Below, piece by piece: positions 1-11,653 of a stretch of DNA of 64,000 bases. The notes under the pieces were generated by a model that ran no database searches, was not told the origin of the DNA, and worked only from the letters and a program-made list of their open reading frames with translations. Position 1 is the stretch's first letter. Every line of letters begins with the position of its first letter. The translations under genes were made by a program, and so were the position numbers. Source of the stretch: Rhynchopus sp. YZ270_cl-10 (taxonomy: Eukaryota); NCBI GenBank assembly GCA_964035575.1, contig OZ037834.1:1178001-1242000 (forward strand), written 5' to 3'.

Positions 1-490
1 GTTACTGGGGGGGCTAATAAAGCATACAGCGCGGACACCCATGGTGTAAAAATATAGCTTTTTACACAGAGTCACTCAACGAACCCTTTTTTGCGGAGCA
101 AAAAGGGGAAAATGGCGCCGCAGGCAAAAAAAAAAATTGAGGTACAGCCTGGATGGTGTGGTCAGCAACCCAGTTCCCTATGGTACTCCCGTGCTTCAAC
201 CATGGGCTTTTTATTTTTTCTTTGTAACATTTGTTACTTTTTGCCCAACTGCAAAAAAACGAATAAAACATTTTATTAAATTGTTACAAAAAAAATGTTA
301 CTTTTGGGTCATTTTTTTATTAATTTATTTTTGAAAAAACATTATTTTTACTATGAGGGTACATTTTTCCCAAATTTCCACCACTATTTTTTTGTTTGAC
401 TTTGGAACCGGGACCCCACCCTGGAACCCCCTCCAGAAGGGGGTACAGAACACCCTCAAAAAAAAAAATTCCCAAAATTCGGGCTAAATT

Positions 491-569
491 GGAGGGGTGT
501 TGGGAGGTGTTGGGAGGTGTTGGGAGGTGTTGGGAGGTGTTGGGAGGGCGTTGGGAGGCGTTGGGAGGG
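491..569. repeat. 10-bp minisatellite (GGAGGTGTTG)n, about 7-8 degenerate units
   Basis: Tandem units read directly from the sequence. Confidence 0.9.
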
Positions 570-837
570 TTTGCCGTTTTTTGCAAATCAGGTGGGTGTG
601 GCATTTGTACAGAAAAAAAGTGTGTTTTCGGAGGGGTGCCATGGGCCCATGGACTTAGAAAAGGCCCTGGCAGAAGTTCAAAAAAAAAAAAAAAAAAAGG
701 GGGAAAAACGAAACGAAACAAAAAAAAAAAAGTTGTGCCAAGATGACATTGGGGGCCTCCACAGGGAGACATAGTCACCTCCGAAAAATAGTTTCTTTCA
801 AAAAAAAGGGGGGATTTTTTTTTTTCTTCTTTTTCTT

Positions 838-899
838 ATAAATTGTTGAAGTAGTGTAGTTGCCTCGGTTGTGTTGCCACAGTTGTGCAATCTCTACTG
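838..899 (-). repeat. Interspersed element family B copy
   Basis: aattgttgaagtagtgtagttgcctcggttgtgttgccacagttgtgcaatctctactg; near-identical copies at 58060, 59148, 60046 and 62662. Confidence 0.9.
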
Positions 900-1020
900 T
901 CCAATTTTTCTTTTTTGATAAACGTGCCGACGACTGGTGAAAAAAGTTCAGCCTTTACGAAACACGGGCGGGAGGAATCTGGGGTTCGGGGGGAAAATGG
1001 TATGAGAAGAGCAATTGATA

Positions 1021-1269
1021 CACTGTGGATACGTCGAGGGAAGACAACATATTGGGGCTAGACAAATGTACTATTCCCCCTCCCCTCCTGGGATAGCATT
1101 TTTGCCTGTTATGCTTACTGGGGGCGGGTGAATAACCTCTTGTATTAGACTTGAAGGAGACAAAAGTAAAGCATGTCACGTAGCATGTCATATCACCAAA
1201 AAACCTTAGTAACATCACCACCATGTTTGCTACCCCCAAGATGCTATCTCCCTCGACCTGTCCACAGTG
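1021..1269. mobile_element. Degenerate MITE with ~45-bp imperfect terminal inverted repeats
   Basis: Left end cactgtggatacgtcgagggaagacaacatattgggg matches the reverse complement of the right end ccccaagatgctatctccctcgacctgtccacagtg; TA on the left flank. Confidence 0.7.
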
Positions 1270-2136
1270 TGGGCTAAATGAAGCCTCTAGAGAAGGGGGG
1301 TTTGGGAGAATTTAACGTTTTTTTTTTTTTTTTTTTTTTTTTTTTGAAGACGAGTTTTGAAAAAAATAAAAAGGAGATTTGCCGTGCACCTACTTTAAGT
1401 ATTTTCATCATATGCAATCAATAAATTGATACTTTAAAAAAGATGTTATGCCTTCGAAAAAATACTGTTAGAAGCACTGCATAAAACACTGACGGCGTGA
1501 AGAGTTGTGAACCCTTGTTGATCAAGGTACCCCATATAGTACCAGACGCATTTGTTATTCTTTGATCATCCGTTAGAGTGTAGCTGCAGTACAAAAAAAA
1601 AATTCTTTTTTTGGGGGGAATGATGGGACCACTTTCTTCGCCCACGTTGATTGGCTTTTTGAGACTCACGCTAGGGTCAGAAGCCTACTGATATTGTATC
1701 AAACGAGTGATGGCGGAAGCAGGTAGTCTAGAATTGGATATTTATGAAGTTTTTGCTACTTTTGCTTTTTGTGCTTCTTGTTTTTTGGGGTATGAAAGAT
1801 TCGTTCTTCTGAAGAATCGTTATTTTCCCCCCCAGATTGGGCCAGATCTGGAGTATCCGTGAACAAAACAAAAGTTGTAAGATCTCGCGAACACATACAT
1901 CTAAACAGAGAAATAAAAATGAAAAAAAAATAATTAATTTCCCAAAGGGGGTTTTCAAGGTTGCTGTAGGTGCACAAAATCACTTCAAAGCTGGTACATG
2001 GTTTGTTTTCGATTGTATTTTTTCCTGGAGGGGGGGTTATTTGCAAGGGGTATTCGCCCAAAGGATAGCCATCGGGGTTACCGGGTACTGTTGGTTACTT
2101 AAAGCTCAAAGGAAAAGTAAAAAAGAAAAGTCAATA

Positions 2137-2167
2137 AGATGAACCTAAGCCTCTCGTGCTTAGTCAC
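2137..2167 (-). repeat. Hairpin element family A copy
   Basis: agatgaacctaagcctctcgtgcttagtcac; about 20 co-oriented copies in the window. Confidence 0.9.
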
Positions 2168-2254
2168 TTTGATCGAGATAAAAATACAAGGTTATAAATT
2201 CACTTTCAATTCAGGAGAACAGAAAGCACGGTTAAAATAAAACTGTGGTTGTTG

Positions 2255-2304
2255 ATGCAGACCTCGACTGACCCACGCACGATGCCAGCCATCCGGATGA
2301 AAGC
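2255..2304 (-). repeat. Interspersed element family E copy
   Basis: gatgcag..cgactgacccacgcacgatgccagccatccggatgaaagc; also at 33152, 61352 and 63722. Confidence 0.85.
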
Positions 2305-3072
2305 CAACAGTAGATGTAGAAAAAATCCCCATCATTTCCGTTCTGTTTTCGAGGGGTACAGGGAAAGGGAAATGGGGAATGGGGACACCACAAAACAAAA
2401 ACTTTTTTGCAAGAGTGAAAACAAAAAACGCAAAACGGGATACTAACGGGGGGTCAAAAACCTTTTTGGTCTTGACACGATACATAACAGAAAAAAAAAG
2501 AGTAAAAATGTGAAATTGTGCAAATGTCTCACTGGACACTGGACGCAGTGGGCAAAAAAAAAATACTGACAGGAGGAGTGGGGGGCCAGGGAACACATGA
2601 CAATGGACAATATTCTGAACAGGAATAACCGATTATGCACATATCCTATTTACAAACACTTCTTAAGGCCAGGCAAAAAAAAAGAAGAAAAACACGCACA
2701 CACAATGAAAATGGATAATTATGGCTACCTGAAAAGGTGGGGGGGTACTGTCCTGTTTCCCTCAAAACCCCACATCACTCCCAAAAAAAAAACTTATAAA
2801 AGAAACCCAAACTGAAACGCTTCTTAACACCACCACCACCACCACCACCACCACCACTTCATCCTCTGTGTGGAGCACTAACGGCTAACGGAGACGTTTC
2901 TCCTTTTACCTCTCTACGGTACCTTCTTAGAAATCTTTGAATCTCTAAAGGCAACTAAATAAGATGAACCTAAGCCTCGGTACTTCACTATGGGGTAAAG
3001 ACTGAATCACGATCAGTGCACCCAGGGGTTGGTTTTTGACCCAAATTTCCCAAACCAGAGAGAAATGCCCCC

Positions 3073-5082
3073 TTATACGAGGAAGGACTGTGCTCTTAGG
3101 TGTTTAAGGACGCTTGCGGTCGCAGCGGAGAAGCTTTCGACGTCCACGTGGACACCATGCTTGCGAACCAACTCCAGGACCAGAACGTTCACCTCTCTGA
3201 ACCTTGAGCGTGGGAGACGTGGAAACAGATGGTGTACAATATGAAGGTTCAACCCCCCATGTATCCAGTCAAGCCACACCGGGCAGGACACATCCTTGAT
3301 CACAGCGGTCTGTCTGCGGCACCACCCGCCCTTCACTTCGTCCTTCTCTGCGAAGGGCTTGTCATAATGAGAAAGACACAACTGCAGTGCCAGGAGACCC
3401 TGCCCGCAGAAGGCCGCCACATACCACACCCCCACCACCTGCAGCCATGTCCCCGCTGCGGTGAAGAATGCTGTTAGAAAGGCGTAGTGGAGTGCTACCC
3501 CAGCCCACTCTGCCTGCCCTTCCTGCATGGTGTAGGACGCAATGCAGATCCCAAATCGGCCCAAAAAGAACATCACAGGGAGGAACGTAATGTGCTGCAC
3601 CCCTACCACCCAGCGGCATACGCTGTGCGGGAGAAACTCTGACAGCATCGTGTCCTGGTTGAACAACCCGGCCTCATGCTGCTGTGGGTCCGAGCAGCCG
3701 ACCCCAGGAATGACAGTGTTTGTGAAGAAGTGGTGTTCGAAGTGCTCGACGCGCCACCAATCGCCTGAAAGACCTACACAGATGTTACCCCAGAACCATC
3801 CGTGGGCTTGGTCGACCTTACGCTTTCCGAACACACTGTTATGGTAGAAATCATGCGCAAAAAACGCAGCCTGCTGCCAAAACACCCCAAGCAGAACACC
3901 AGGCACGACGACCCCCATCAACATCCCACCACCTCCTCCTCCATCACCCCCATTTGTCGCCATGAAGAAGTACGAGGCTGCAATCAAGGCGACGTTGAAC
4001 GCTATCTTCAGCATATACCATTGGGTTGGCGGTGCGTAAAAGCCTTCCTCCTCAAGCTTCGCTGAGAGCACACGGAAGTCCTCTTCCAAAGGGTCGTCGA
4101 GCTTGAAGGTGTACGACCCGCATGGGGTGAAGCGTTTCAGCACTTCAGGCTTGTGGAATGCTTCGAATTGGAGGGTCGCGTCTAGGCCGTAGAACTCTTT
4201 GAGAACTGAGCCGCCTGGGTGGTGTGGGAGGAAGGCCTCTACGTCGTACCAGTTGCCAGCTACACCGATGCGGGCAGAGCCGGGGGCGGTGGAGCGGATG
4301 ATTCTGTTCTTGGGGTGTTTGGCGTGGCGGTGTGCGTCGTGGGGTGTGGGGGTGGGTGTAGTCGTCTTTGCCTCGGTGGTTTCCAAGGAGACATGTGCGA
4401 GACAATAACTAAACACACAAAGATGCACCACACTCACCACATCCACATTCACCACCCCACACCCCGCAACCAACACCCCCACCACAGCGCACTGCGTCAA
4501 CGTCACCCTCCGTATCCTCCCCTCAATCGCCTCCGCTACAGCGGCCACTACATCGCGGTTGCATACCCTCTCTGAGGTCCACATGAACAAACAAGAAAAG
4601 CAGCACCAAAACAACGGTGACAGCATCCCCTTCACGAGAAGCAGGATCAGCGTCACCACAAGCAGGGGGTGCAGGAGCAGGCACGTTGTCACATTGGTGC
4701 GCCCTGGGGTCGACCCGATCTTGAGGGAGTTCTTGAAGAGGGTCGCTGAGGCGCATGAGATGATACAGATGCCGGTCCCTAGGAGGGTTGCGGGGATGAC
4801 TGTGTATGCCTTGCCTACACTGTACGTTACGGCCATCCAGTAGATCGCCTCGTAAAAGGAACGTGCAGGGACGGTACGCCAGTTGAAGACACAGCGCTGC
4901 AGACGGTCCACAATGATGTCGCACCCCGGCACCCTCGCCGCACTCCACAACGTGCTGCCGACGACAATGGACGATATGGTTGCAGCCATGTACACTACTG
5001 CAATGCGGGCGACGCTGGTGGTCTCCTCAGCTGCTGCTGTGTAAGCGTCGAGGAGGGTGCCATTGGTAGGCCACGACTCCAT
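3073..5082 (-). CDS. Cytochrome b5-fused front-end-type fatty acid/sphingolipid desaturase with an extra N-terminal membrane region
   Basis: 669-aa ORF; HPGG haem motif; histidine boxes HDFYH, HFEHH and HIVHHLFP. Confidence 0.9.
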   Translation of the reverse strand: MESWPTNGTLLDAYTAAAEETTSVARIAVVYMAATISSIVVGSTLWSAARVPGCDIIVDRLQRCVFNWRTVPARSFYEAIYWMAVTYSVGKAYTVIPATLLGTGICIISCASATLFKNSLKIGSTPGRTNVTTCLLLHPLLVVTLILLLVKGMLSPLFWCCFSCLFMWTSERVCNRDVVAAVAEAIEGRIRRVTLTQCAVVGVLVAGCGVVNVDVVSVVHLCVFSYCLAHVSLETTEAKTTTPTPTPHDAHRHAKHPKNRIIRSTAPGSARIGVAGNWYDVEAFLPHHPGGSVLKEFYGLDATLQFEAFHKPEVLKRFTPCGSYTFKLDDPLEEDFRVLSAKLEEEGFYAPPTQWYMLKIAFNVALIAASYFFMATNGGDGGGGGGMLMGVVVPGVLLGVFWQQAAFFAHDFYHNSVFGKRKVDQAHGWFWGNICVGLSGDWWRVEHFEHHFFTNTVIPGVGCSDPQQHEAGLFNQDTMLSEFLPHSVCRWVVGVQHITFLPVMFFLGRFGICIASYTMQEGQAEWAGVALHYAFLTAFFTAAGTWLQVVGVWYVAAFCGQGLLALQLCLSHYDKPFAEKDEVKGGWCRRQTAVIKDVSCPVWLDWIHGGLNLHIVHHLFPRLPRSRFREVNVLVLELVRKHGVHVDVESFSAATASVLKHLRAQSFLV

Positions 5083-5818
5083 TGCGATGATCTAAAAAAC
5101 AATATATCTGTGAAGTGGGAAATAGTGGGGTGGAGCAAAAAAAAGTGAAGGTTGAGGACAACCAACCGGGATCTAATACAGAAAGCTGTAGATGCGTTTC
5201 TGAGCCATAAGGAGCAGGCAGGATCCTTAAAAGAGAGATGCAGGAGGGGGGAGGAGGGGAGGAGGGGAGGAGGGAGGGGAGAAAAAATGATAGTTGTGAG
5301 GTGGGGGGGGGCTATGGTTAAATGTTGTTCGCTTTTTTGAAACTTAAAAAAAAGGGGGGGATTGGGAAGGGGGGGGGGGGGGGGGGGAAATAACACTCTA
5401 GGTTTTGAACAAATGCATTTGTTTTCTCTGAATTTTTTTTTGATTTTTTTGTCGTAACTGGACAAATTAAATCACACAACAAAGCGCCAAAAAGGCCATC
5501 CCACATAAGAAGCACATCTAAGATCTGCCCTTCTTTGTGGATAAAGAAGAAGAAAAAATTCGACGATCTGGGCAATATTCCTGTAAGGAAACCACCTACA
5601 CACACAACACACCTTTTTGGGGCCATATTCTACACAAGAATTACCCCCATTAGTTATCACACACACACACCTTTTCCAAAAAAAAATCACAACAAAAAAT
5701 CATTCTCAATCATCTTTTTTTTCTACAGTTATGACTCTAACTCCCCACTAATCTATACCCAAACCACCCCATCCCTTACGGATCCCCTCCCCTCCCCTCC
5801 CTTCTCCTCTCCCCCATT

Positions 5819-7927
5819 CTATCGAAGAAACAAGCCTTCAGTCACTTCTGCTTCCGTTTCTTTCAATGTCTCAAGATCTTCGCTGTTCCGCAGACCCAAG
5901 CGATGCGCGCGCTCTGCTAGACGCTGTGCGAGGGCATGCCCTGCAGGTACTCCATTGCCTCGTAGCGCCTCGAGACGACACATCACTCTACACTCAGCGA
6001 TGTCCGGGGTGTACGTATCCTCCTCCAGCCTTGCGAGGAAGTCCTCTAATGCAGCAAGACTGTATTCACTTCGTAGAGGAATGCCTGCTAGGGTGGACAG
6101 CTCTGTGGCGTTGAGCTGTGTGTCTGACGATGTGTACGAAAGCGCCACCTGCGCTAAGGAAACCCTCCCAGCATCAGAAAGGCGTTCAAATAGGAGCGTC
6201 GACCAGTCTTGCCTGTCGAGGAGAGAGGCGAGCTTTAGAGCACGCATGAGCTCGTCGGTGTTGAGGAGGATTGTGAAGTATCGGAGGAACAGCCCTGAGA
6301 AGGTCTGCATATCGCTGTTGAAGGATCCGTCAAATTTGAAGAGAATATCCTCTACAGCGTGGTGCACTGCCTGCTTGGTTGCTTCCACGTATGAGACGGT
6401 ACCGTCAGGAGGTACACCCACCTCCGTCGGGGTCTGCACCTCACTCACCAACCGCGTCATCAACTGCCGCAACATCCCCACCCACAAATGTCTCGGCGAA
6501 TTCTTTATCAACGCGACTGCACTCTCCGTCATCTCCACCACCCGATGCACACTCCTCCTCCCCACCTGCTCCAACCCCCCCTTTATGATAGAATGCAACA
6601 GGCTGCTGTGCGTCACCGTACCACACAGACGCAACAACGCAACAGGACCGCCACTGACACCTACCCCTAGAGTATTGCTGCCTTCGTCATACTCCATCAC
6701 AGTAATAGGCGACTGTGCAGGGAAGATACTCAATGATCCGAGGGAAACAGAATGTCCTTCGCTGACCCCTTGGATGAAGACCTTGATTGGGTTGAGACCA
6801 TGGTCATATATAGAAAGCGTTGCACCAGACGCATGCGCTACAAAACAGAAAAGCGAGGTAACTTTAATGAGCGCCCCGGCACGCGATGCGTCAGTTTTGC
6901 GTCGTACACTCCGCTTCCCTGTTTGGTGAACCTGAAGGTGCCCATTGAGGCAAGCTGTAAACCACAACACCGCATCACGCGACGCAGCCCCTGCCGAAAA
7001 ATCTCCCGGAATTTCAAAGCTAGTTTGCCCCGAAACCTCCCCCCCGACAGTCACCGTCAACAACGACAAGGTCTGTGGGAAGGACTCATGCGAGGCCAAC
7101 GCTTTGAACGTGGAGTCCACATTGTGATCGCCATCCCACTGCAGTGCGTGCACCATGGTGCAGTGCGCGGCAAGATGCACATCACGGTGCGGTTCTGCAG
7201 ACTTCTTCTTCTCTTCATCACGCCGCACGATACGCAACCGGTTTGTCCCTGCCCCGGCAGTACCGGGCTCTCCGGAAAGAAGGGCAACACAGTAGATAAT
7301 ACCTGGAAGCAGCATGCTGGCGTCGCCGCTCAATTCAGCCACACTCTGCGGGGCAGACGGTACAGACGACCCTGAAAACGACGCATTCCGTAACACCGGC
7401 AAACTCGTAATCGACGCACCCAACTGAAACCTCGGGGACGGAAGGCTCAATGGGGAGTTCAATACACTCAACGATCCGGACCGCTGCCTCACCCCTCCAC
7501 TCCGACAAGGAAGCGACAGCCCTGGGGTGGCAGGTCTGGGCACTACAGCGGCAGGGAGGGTATGCGGAAATCGGGTACGTGAAACAGCTCCGTTTGACGA
7601 TGCGTAGATGTAACCTTCGGATATCGAGGCTGCTAGGAGAGGTCCACGCAGTTGTGTACTGCCTGCAGCACATTCGAGAAGGGTAGCGTCTCGGGTAGAG
7701 AAGATGAGTTGCCCTGTGTACCCACACTCAAAGACGGTGCGAAGGAATACACGGTCGCCCTCGAGAAGGCCGAGGGAAAGCGCAACCAGGCTGGACCGCA
7801 CACATTTCGTTTCAAAGGTGGACAGCGCCTTCGCGACTTTGCTTGAGAGCGCGCTCCCATCCACACAGCGCACCACATCACAACCGCTTTGGTGAACCGT
7901 CCCTGCAATGCCTGTCAAAGAGAGCAT
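5819..7927 (-). CDS. WDPCP: WDPCP/Fritz-like ciliogenesis protein
   Basis: 702-aa ORF; LSIYDHGLNPI, GGPVALLRL and LRYFTILL...ALKLA...DAGRVSLAQVA resemble conserved Fritz blocks, in the same order (recognised by eye). Confidence 0.55.
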   Translation of the reverse strand: MLSLTGIAGTVHQSGCDVVRCVDGSALSSKVAKALSTFETKCVRSSLVALSLGLLEGDRVFLRTVFECGYTGQLIFSTRDATLLECAAGSTQLRGPLLAASISEGYIYASSNGAVSRTRFPHTLPAAVVPRPATPGLSLPCRSGGVRQRSGSLSVLNSPLSLPSPRFQLGASITSLPVLRNASFSGSSVPSAPQSVAELSGDASMLLPGIIYCVALLSGEPGTAGAGTNRLRIVRRDEEKKKSAEPHRDVHLAAHCTMVHALQWDGDHNVDSTFKALASHESFPQTLSLLTVTVGGEVSGQTSFEIPGDFSAGAASRDAVLWFTACLNGHLQVHQTGKRSVRRKTDASRAGALIKVTSLFCFVAHASGATLSIYDHGLNPIKVFIQGVSEGHSVSLGSLSIFPAQSPITVMEYDEGSNTLGVGVSGGPVALLRLCGTVTHSSLLHSIIKGGLEQVGRRSVHRVVEMTESAVALIKNSPRHLWVGMLRQLMTRLVSEVQTPTEVGVPPDGTVSYVEATKQAVHHAVEDILFKFDGSFNSDMQTFSGLFLRYFTILLNTDELMRALKLASLLDRQDWSTLLFERLSDAGRVSLAQVALSYTSSDTQLNATELSTLAGIPLRSEYSLAALEDFLARLEEDTYTPDIAECRVMCRLEALRGNGVPAGHALAQRLAERAHRLGLRNSEDLETLKETEAEVTEGLFLR

Positions 7928-8028
7928 TGTAGGTGGGGTTAGATAGAATTAACTTATGTTTTGTTGAAGATGATTGCGATAAAAACGGAATTAAACGCGA
8001 AGGGTAAAGAGCGTTTGGCGTTGGCTAA

Positions 8029-8217
8029 CGTTTATATAGTGGACTCCATGTGTACAGACGGAAGTAGTTGATGTGTGTGTGTATTTTTAGGTTCTGTTTT
8101 GTGGGTGGAATGAAAAAGTGTAAATTTGTCGTTCCTCCTCATTCCTCCCCTTCTTGTAGTTGTTTGATGCGTTGACGCTTCCACACACTATCATAGGGGG
8201 TCCACGACTGTAAACGA
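8029..8217. mobile_element. Possible old MITE (degenerate inverted termini)
   Basis: cgtttatatagtggactcc...ggaag versus the reverse complement of cttcc...ggggtccacgactgtaaacg. Confidence 0.35.
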
Positions 8218-9014
8218 TGATTTCAAAACTCTAAGGAGGGGTTTTTACCCCTCCTTGTCTTACTGTATGTGTACTGTAGGTGGGATAGGTAGATAGGGGA
8301 GGACTCGGAGGGGGAGTGCTTTTTTGTTTCATATATATTGGATCCTTTTCTCATTTCACGTTTGTTTTGTGAGGTTTTTTTTTTCGCTAGGAGAGCGGAA
8401 GAGGTGTGCACAAGAGGACATTGCAAGACGAATACGACTCATCTTTCATCAGAAGAATATCAAAAAAAAAAGGGAGGTAGTCGATACGAAAGGGTGAAAG
8501 ATGAGAGGAAAAAAACTAAACCCCAACATGTTTTGCAACCTCAAGGTGGATAAAAACCTTAAGTGGGGGTTTTATCTCCGTGATCCCTGTATTGCGCTTT
8601 AACACAAAAAAAGGGGCAGTATTTGCCCTATATTGCCAGACACAGCTCGTCAGTACAGTGACTGATGTGTGCTGTGTGGCAAATCTCCAACAATGCATTA
8701 TTTTCGTTGTGCCTTTAATCAACAAAGCGACGTGACAGTTCCTTTTTGGATGCGAATATGGGTTCTCCCCCCGCTGTTTTCGCAGTACTGTGGGTGGTGA
8801 GGATGGGTCCGTTGTTTTTTATTTTTTTGTTATTTTATTTTTTTGAAATAAGATCTTGCTGGGTGTTGGAGTTGTCGCTTCGTGTTGACACATCGTGCAA
8901 TTTCCATTTTTCTGCAATCCACGTAATAGCCTAGGGCATGTTGTTGTTTTGTTTTGTTCTTTTTTTTGAAAACTTGGTACACACATTCACGCACATCTTT
9001 GGAAAGAGTTTTGG

Positions 9015-9043
9015 GATGAACCTAAGACGCTCGCTTAGTCACC
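9015..9043 (-). repeat. Hairpin element family A copy
   Basis: gatgaacctaagacgctcgcttagtcacc. Confidence 0.85.
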
Positions 9044-9446
9044 TTTTAAACGAAAAGAGAGGGAGAGAAAAATACCTCCAGAATTGGAAGGGGTTTTGTT
9101 GGCAAATGAAACTTGTAAGATTGTCAGACGTCTCACATGCTTCCGCGCGCACACATGCACACATGCACACATCTTTACAAATGCAGACAACTAACTGGCC
9201 AGCAATGGTGCAGGGAAAAAAATGAAGGAGTGAACCCTCAACAATACCACTGCGGGTGGGTGGCTAGTTCTGTAGTTCTGTTCTGTATCAAGAAAATCGA
9301 CACCTCTTTTGCATCAGATACACTAAGGGAAAATGCCTTTTTAGTACAAACCCTCGATGTATGCAGGCACAAAAGGGAGCTTTTTTTTTGCACACACAAA
9401 AAAAAAAAAAAAAAAAAAACAATCAAAACAAAGAGACGCAAAAAAG

Positions 9447-9509
9447 GTGAAGTCGATAGTGCAAACGCAGACGCAGGCACTGACACTCCGCGGGTTATCG
9501 AACCCCCGG
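9447..9509 (-). repeat. Interspersed element family D copy
   Basis: gtgaagtcgatagtgcaaacgcagacgcaggcactgacactccgcgggttatcgaacccc; matches 58583 and 63791. Confidence 0.9.
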
Positions 9510-9679
9510 AATTTACCAAACAAGGGGAGTGAAAAAGTCTATGAAAAACCACCCCCCATCCCCTCCTACCATTTTTTGTTTGTTCTAAACGAACGAATTG
9601 AACCCCACAGTACAATGTATTCCTCTCTAGGAAGCCCCACTACCCTTCACCTCTTTCCCCCCTCCATACAATTAAAAAA

Positions 9680-9745
9680 GTTGACTTGAAATCCACCGGG
9701 AGGTGGACACCCCCAACCATGCAGTCCTACATTCCATTTTTCGAT
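9680..9745 (-). repeat. Interspersed element family C copy, internally deleted
   Basis: gttgacttgaaat...ggtggacacccccaaccatgcagtcctacattccattt. Confidence 0.85.
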
Positions 9746-9860
9746 TGCAAAATTATTCGGTTGCAAAAAAAAAAAAAAAAATTGAACCCCTCCCTACCCC
9801 CCCTCCCCCCACCTCCACCACCCCTTTCTCTCTTTTCAAATCGATCAGCTATATTTTTTT

Positions 9861-11505
9861 TCAAGGCAGCTCTTTTGTATATTCCGCTGCAAAGATCTTT
9901 GCCGCAGCCCGGATCTGGCGGACACTCTCCTCTTCTTCGTTTGGGGATTCGAATTCGTGGATTACCCTCGACACTGCCCTGGGGAACTCTTTTGGCAGCG
10001 CCTTCGCCGTCTCTGAGCACCACGCACTGTCTGCAGTTATTTCAAAGGTCTGCGGGAAGGCAGGCTTCTTCGCATCGTGTGGCCCTTCCTCTACTACGAC
10101 TGTTAGTGGGTTTCCTGTGGTGCAGACGTGGAGGATTGCAAGGGAGAAGTGCATGACACGGTTGCCCCAGTCTTTTTTCATGTTGCCATCTGCGCAGAAG
10201 TGGTTGACGAAGCAGCGGAAGACTGCAGTGGCGGAGAAGCATTCACCACCTCTCCCAGCGATGCGGTCTCGGTGTGCACGGTCGAGCTGCATGGGGCGGG
10301 AGCGTTGGGGGACAACCTGGACTCCAGGGAGTTCCCATTCATTCATCATTGCCATGGCACGGTCCTGCTCCCAAGGCCATTCTTCACGGTATTTGAAACC
10401 TATCGGGTTGTCCTTATAGTTCCCCATACTGCTGTTCCACCAGGTGTCGATCAGCTCCCGCCCCCTCTCGCTGTTCCCAACCACGTAGGTCCCGGTGTTG
10501 ATCACCCAGCGGTAGCTGACGTTCTTGGTGTTCAAGGAGTTGTTGTGCTTTTCGGTGAACATCACCCACCATGTAGGCTGCTCCTGGTTGAAGACCACAG
10601 GGGCTTCGTCCAGAGGGAAGCCAGTCTTCTGCAGCAACCCCTCTGTCCAGGAGACCAGGTCGGTTTGGAAGAATTCAAACGCAATATGCGAGTCTGTATC
10701 GAGCATGACAGCATAGGGCGAGGTAGGGTTGTCACGCAGCACCCTCGCCATGGCCTTCACCTTGCACCACACAGGGTGCAGAAGACAACCGTCGGGGCCC
10801 ATACAAGCACGTTGATGACACTCCTTATCACGACAGTACTTTTTTTTACCACACCCCGGAAGCTTTTGATCGGGCGACTGAACCGGCGCCTCCTCCGGCG
10901 CAACATAATACGTGAAGCTGTGTGATTTTTTTTATCAATCCATACTATCCACCACTCAGGGGGGTGGGGTCAGGGGGGTGGGGGACAGGCACATACGGAT
11001 AACCCCATCGCGATGCATAGAGCGATGTGTAGACGAACATTGCTGTAGCGAAGTACGGTGTAGCCGGGTCATAGGGCATATGCGACATGTAGGCTGTGAG
11101 GACAGGCTTGCCTGTAGGGAGTGCGTAGGCTGCACGCACCTTTGCGTCGGGTGTGCTGCCTTCTGCTGGTACCTCTGCCACTACTGCGAGTCGCCCTTCC
11201 GGTGTGGGTGTTGAGTCGATGGGTGCAGTGGTAGGTGTTGCCGTGGTGGCGGTGTTCTGTGCATTCTTATCGGGGTTAGGGTTAGAGTTAAGGTTAGGCT
11301 CAGGTTCGCTTACGACCGGTGTAGACGGTGTAGCTGAGGGTGTTCTTGTGGGCAGAGGTGTCGTGGCGGTGTTCTGAAACGCCTGCCTGTTAGAGTCGTC
11401 CAAAAACTGTGCCCCATGCTTCCACCCCGTATTGTTGAACAACGCGTAGTACACCAACGCAATCACCAAAAGCACCAAGGGAACGGCAAGCCGTGACCCC
11501 AACAT
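9861..11505 (-). CDS. Type II membrane glycosyltransferase (GT34/galactosyltransferase-like), interrupted near 10918-10964 by a mini-intron or frameshift
   Basis: N-terminal TM anchor plus Thr/Pro stem (ORF 10945-11514) joined to a catalytic ORF with DxD (MLDTDS), INTGTY and WPWEQD motifs. Confidence 0.75.
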
Positions 11506-11543
11506 ACTACACACAGCCCCCCTCTCCTGTTGTGAAAATAAAA

Positions 11544-11653
11544 GTTGGCTTGAAATACAAAGCCCTCTCGTGAAGTGTACCTTTGGTACAAATGAGCTGG
11601 CTGTACCGGGGGGTGGATGCAGTCCTACATTCCATTTCGTGGTTTATATCTGA
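11544..11653 (-). repeat. Interspersed element family C copy, near full length
   Basis: ttgaaatacaaagccctctcgtgaagtgtacctttggtac...gcagtcctacattccatttcgtggtttatatctga; matches 29626 and 51910. Confidence 0.9.

Noticed and set aside
2137..2167. Family A as group II intron domain V or a SECIS element
   Set aside because: The bulged GNRA hairpin is superficially similar, but there is no AGC/CGC triad in the right position, no other intron domains, and no SECIS quartet on the sense strand.
5535..6929. 464-aa plus-strand ORF
   Set aside because: Antisense shadow of the WDPCP-like CDS, with a low-complexity start.
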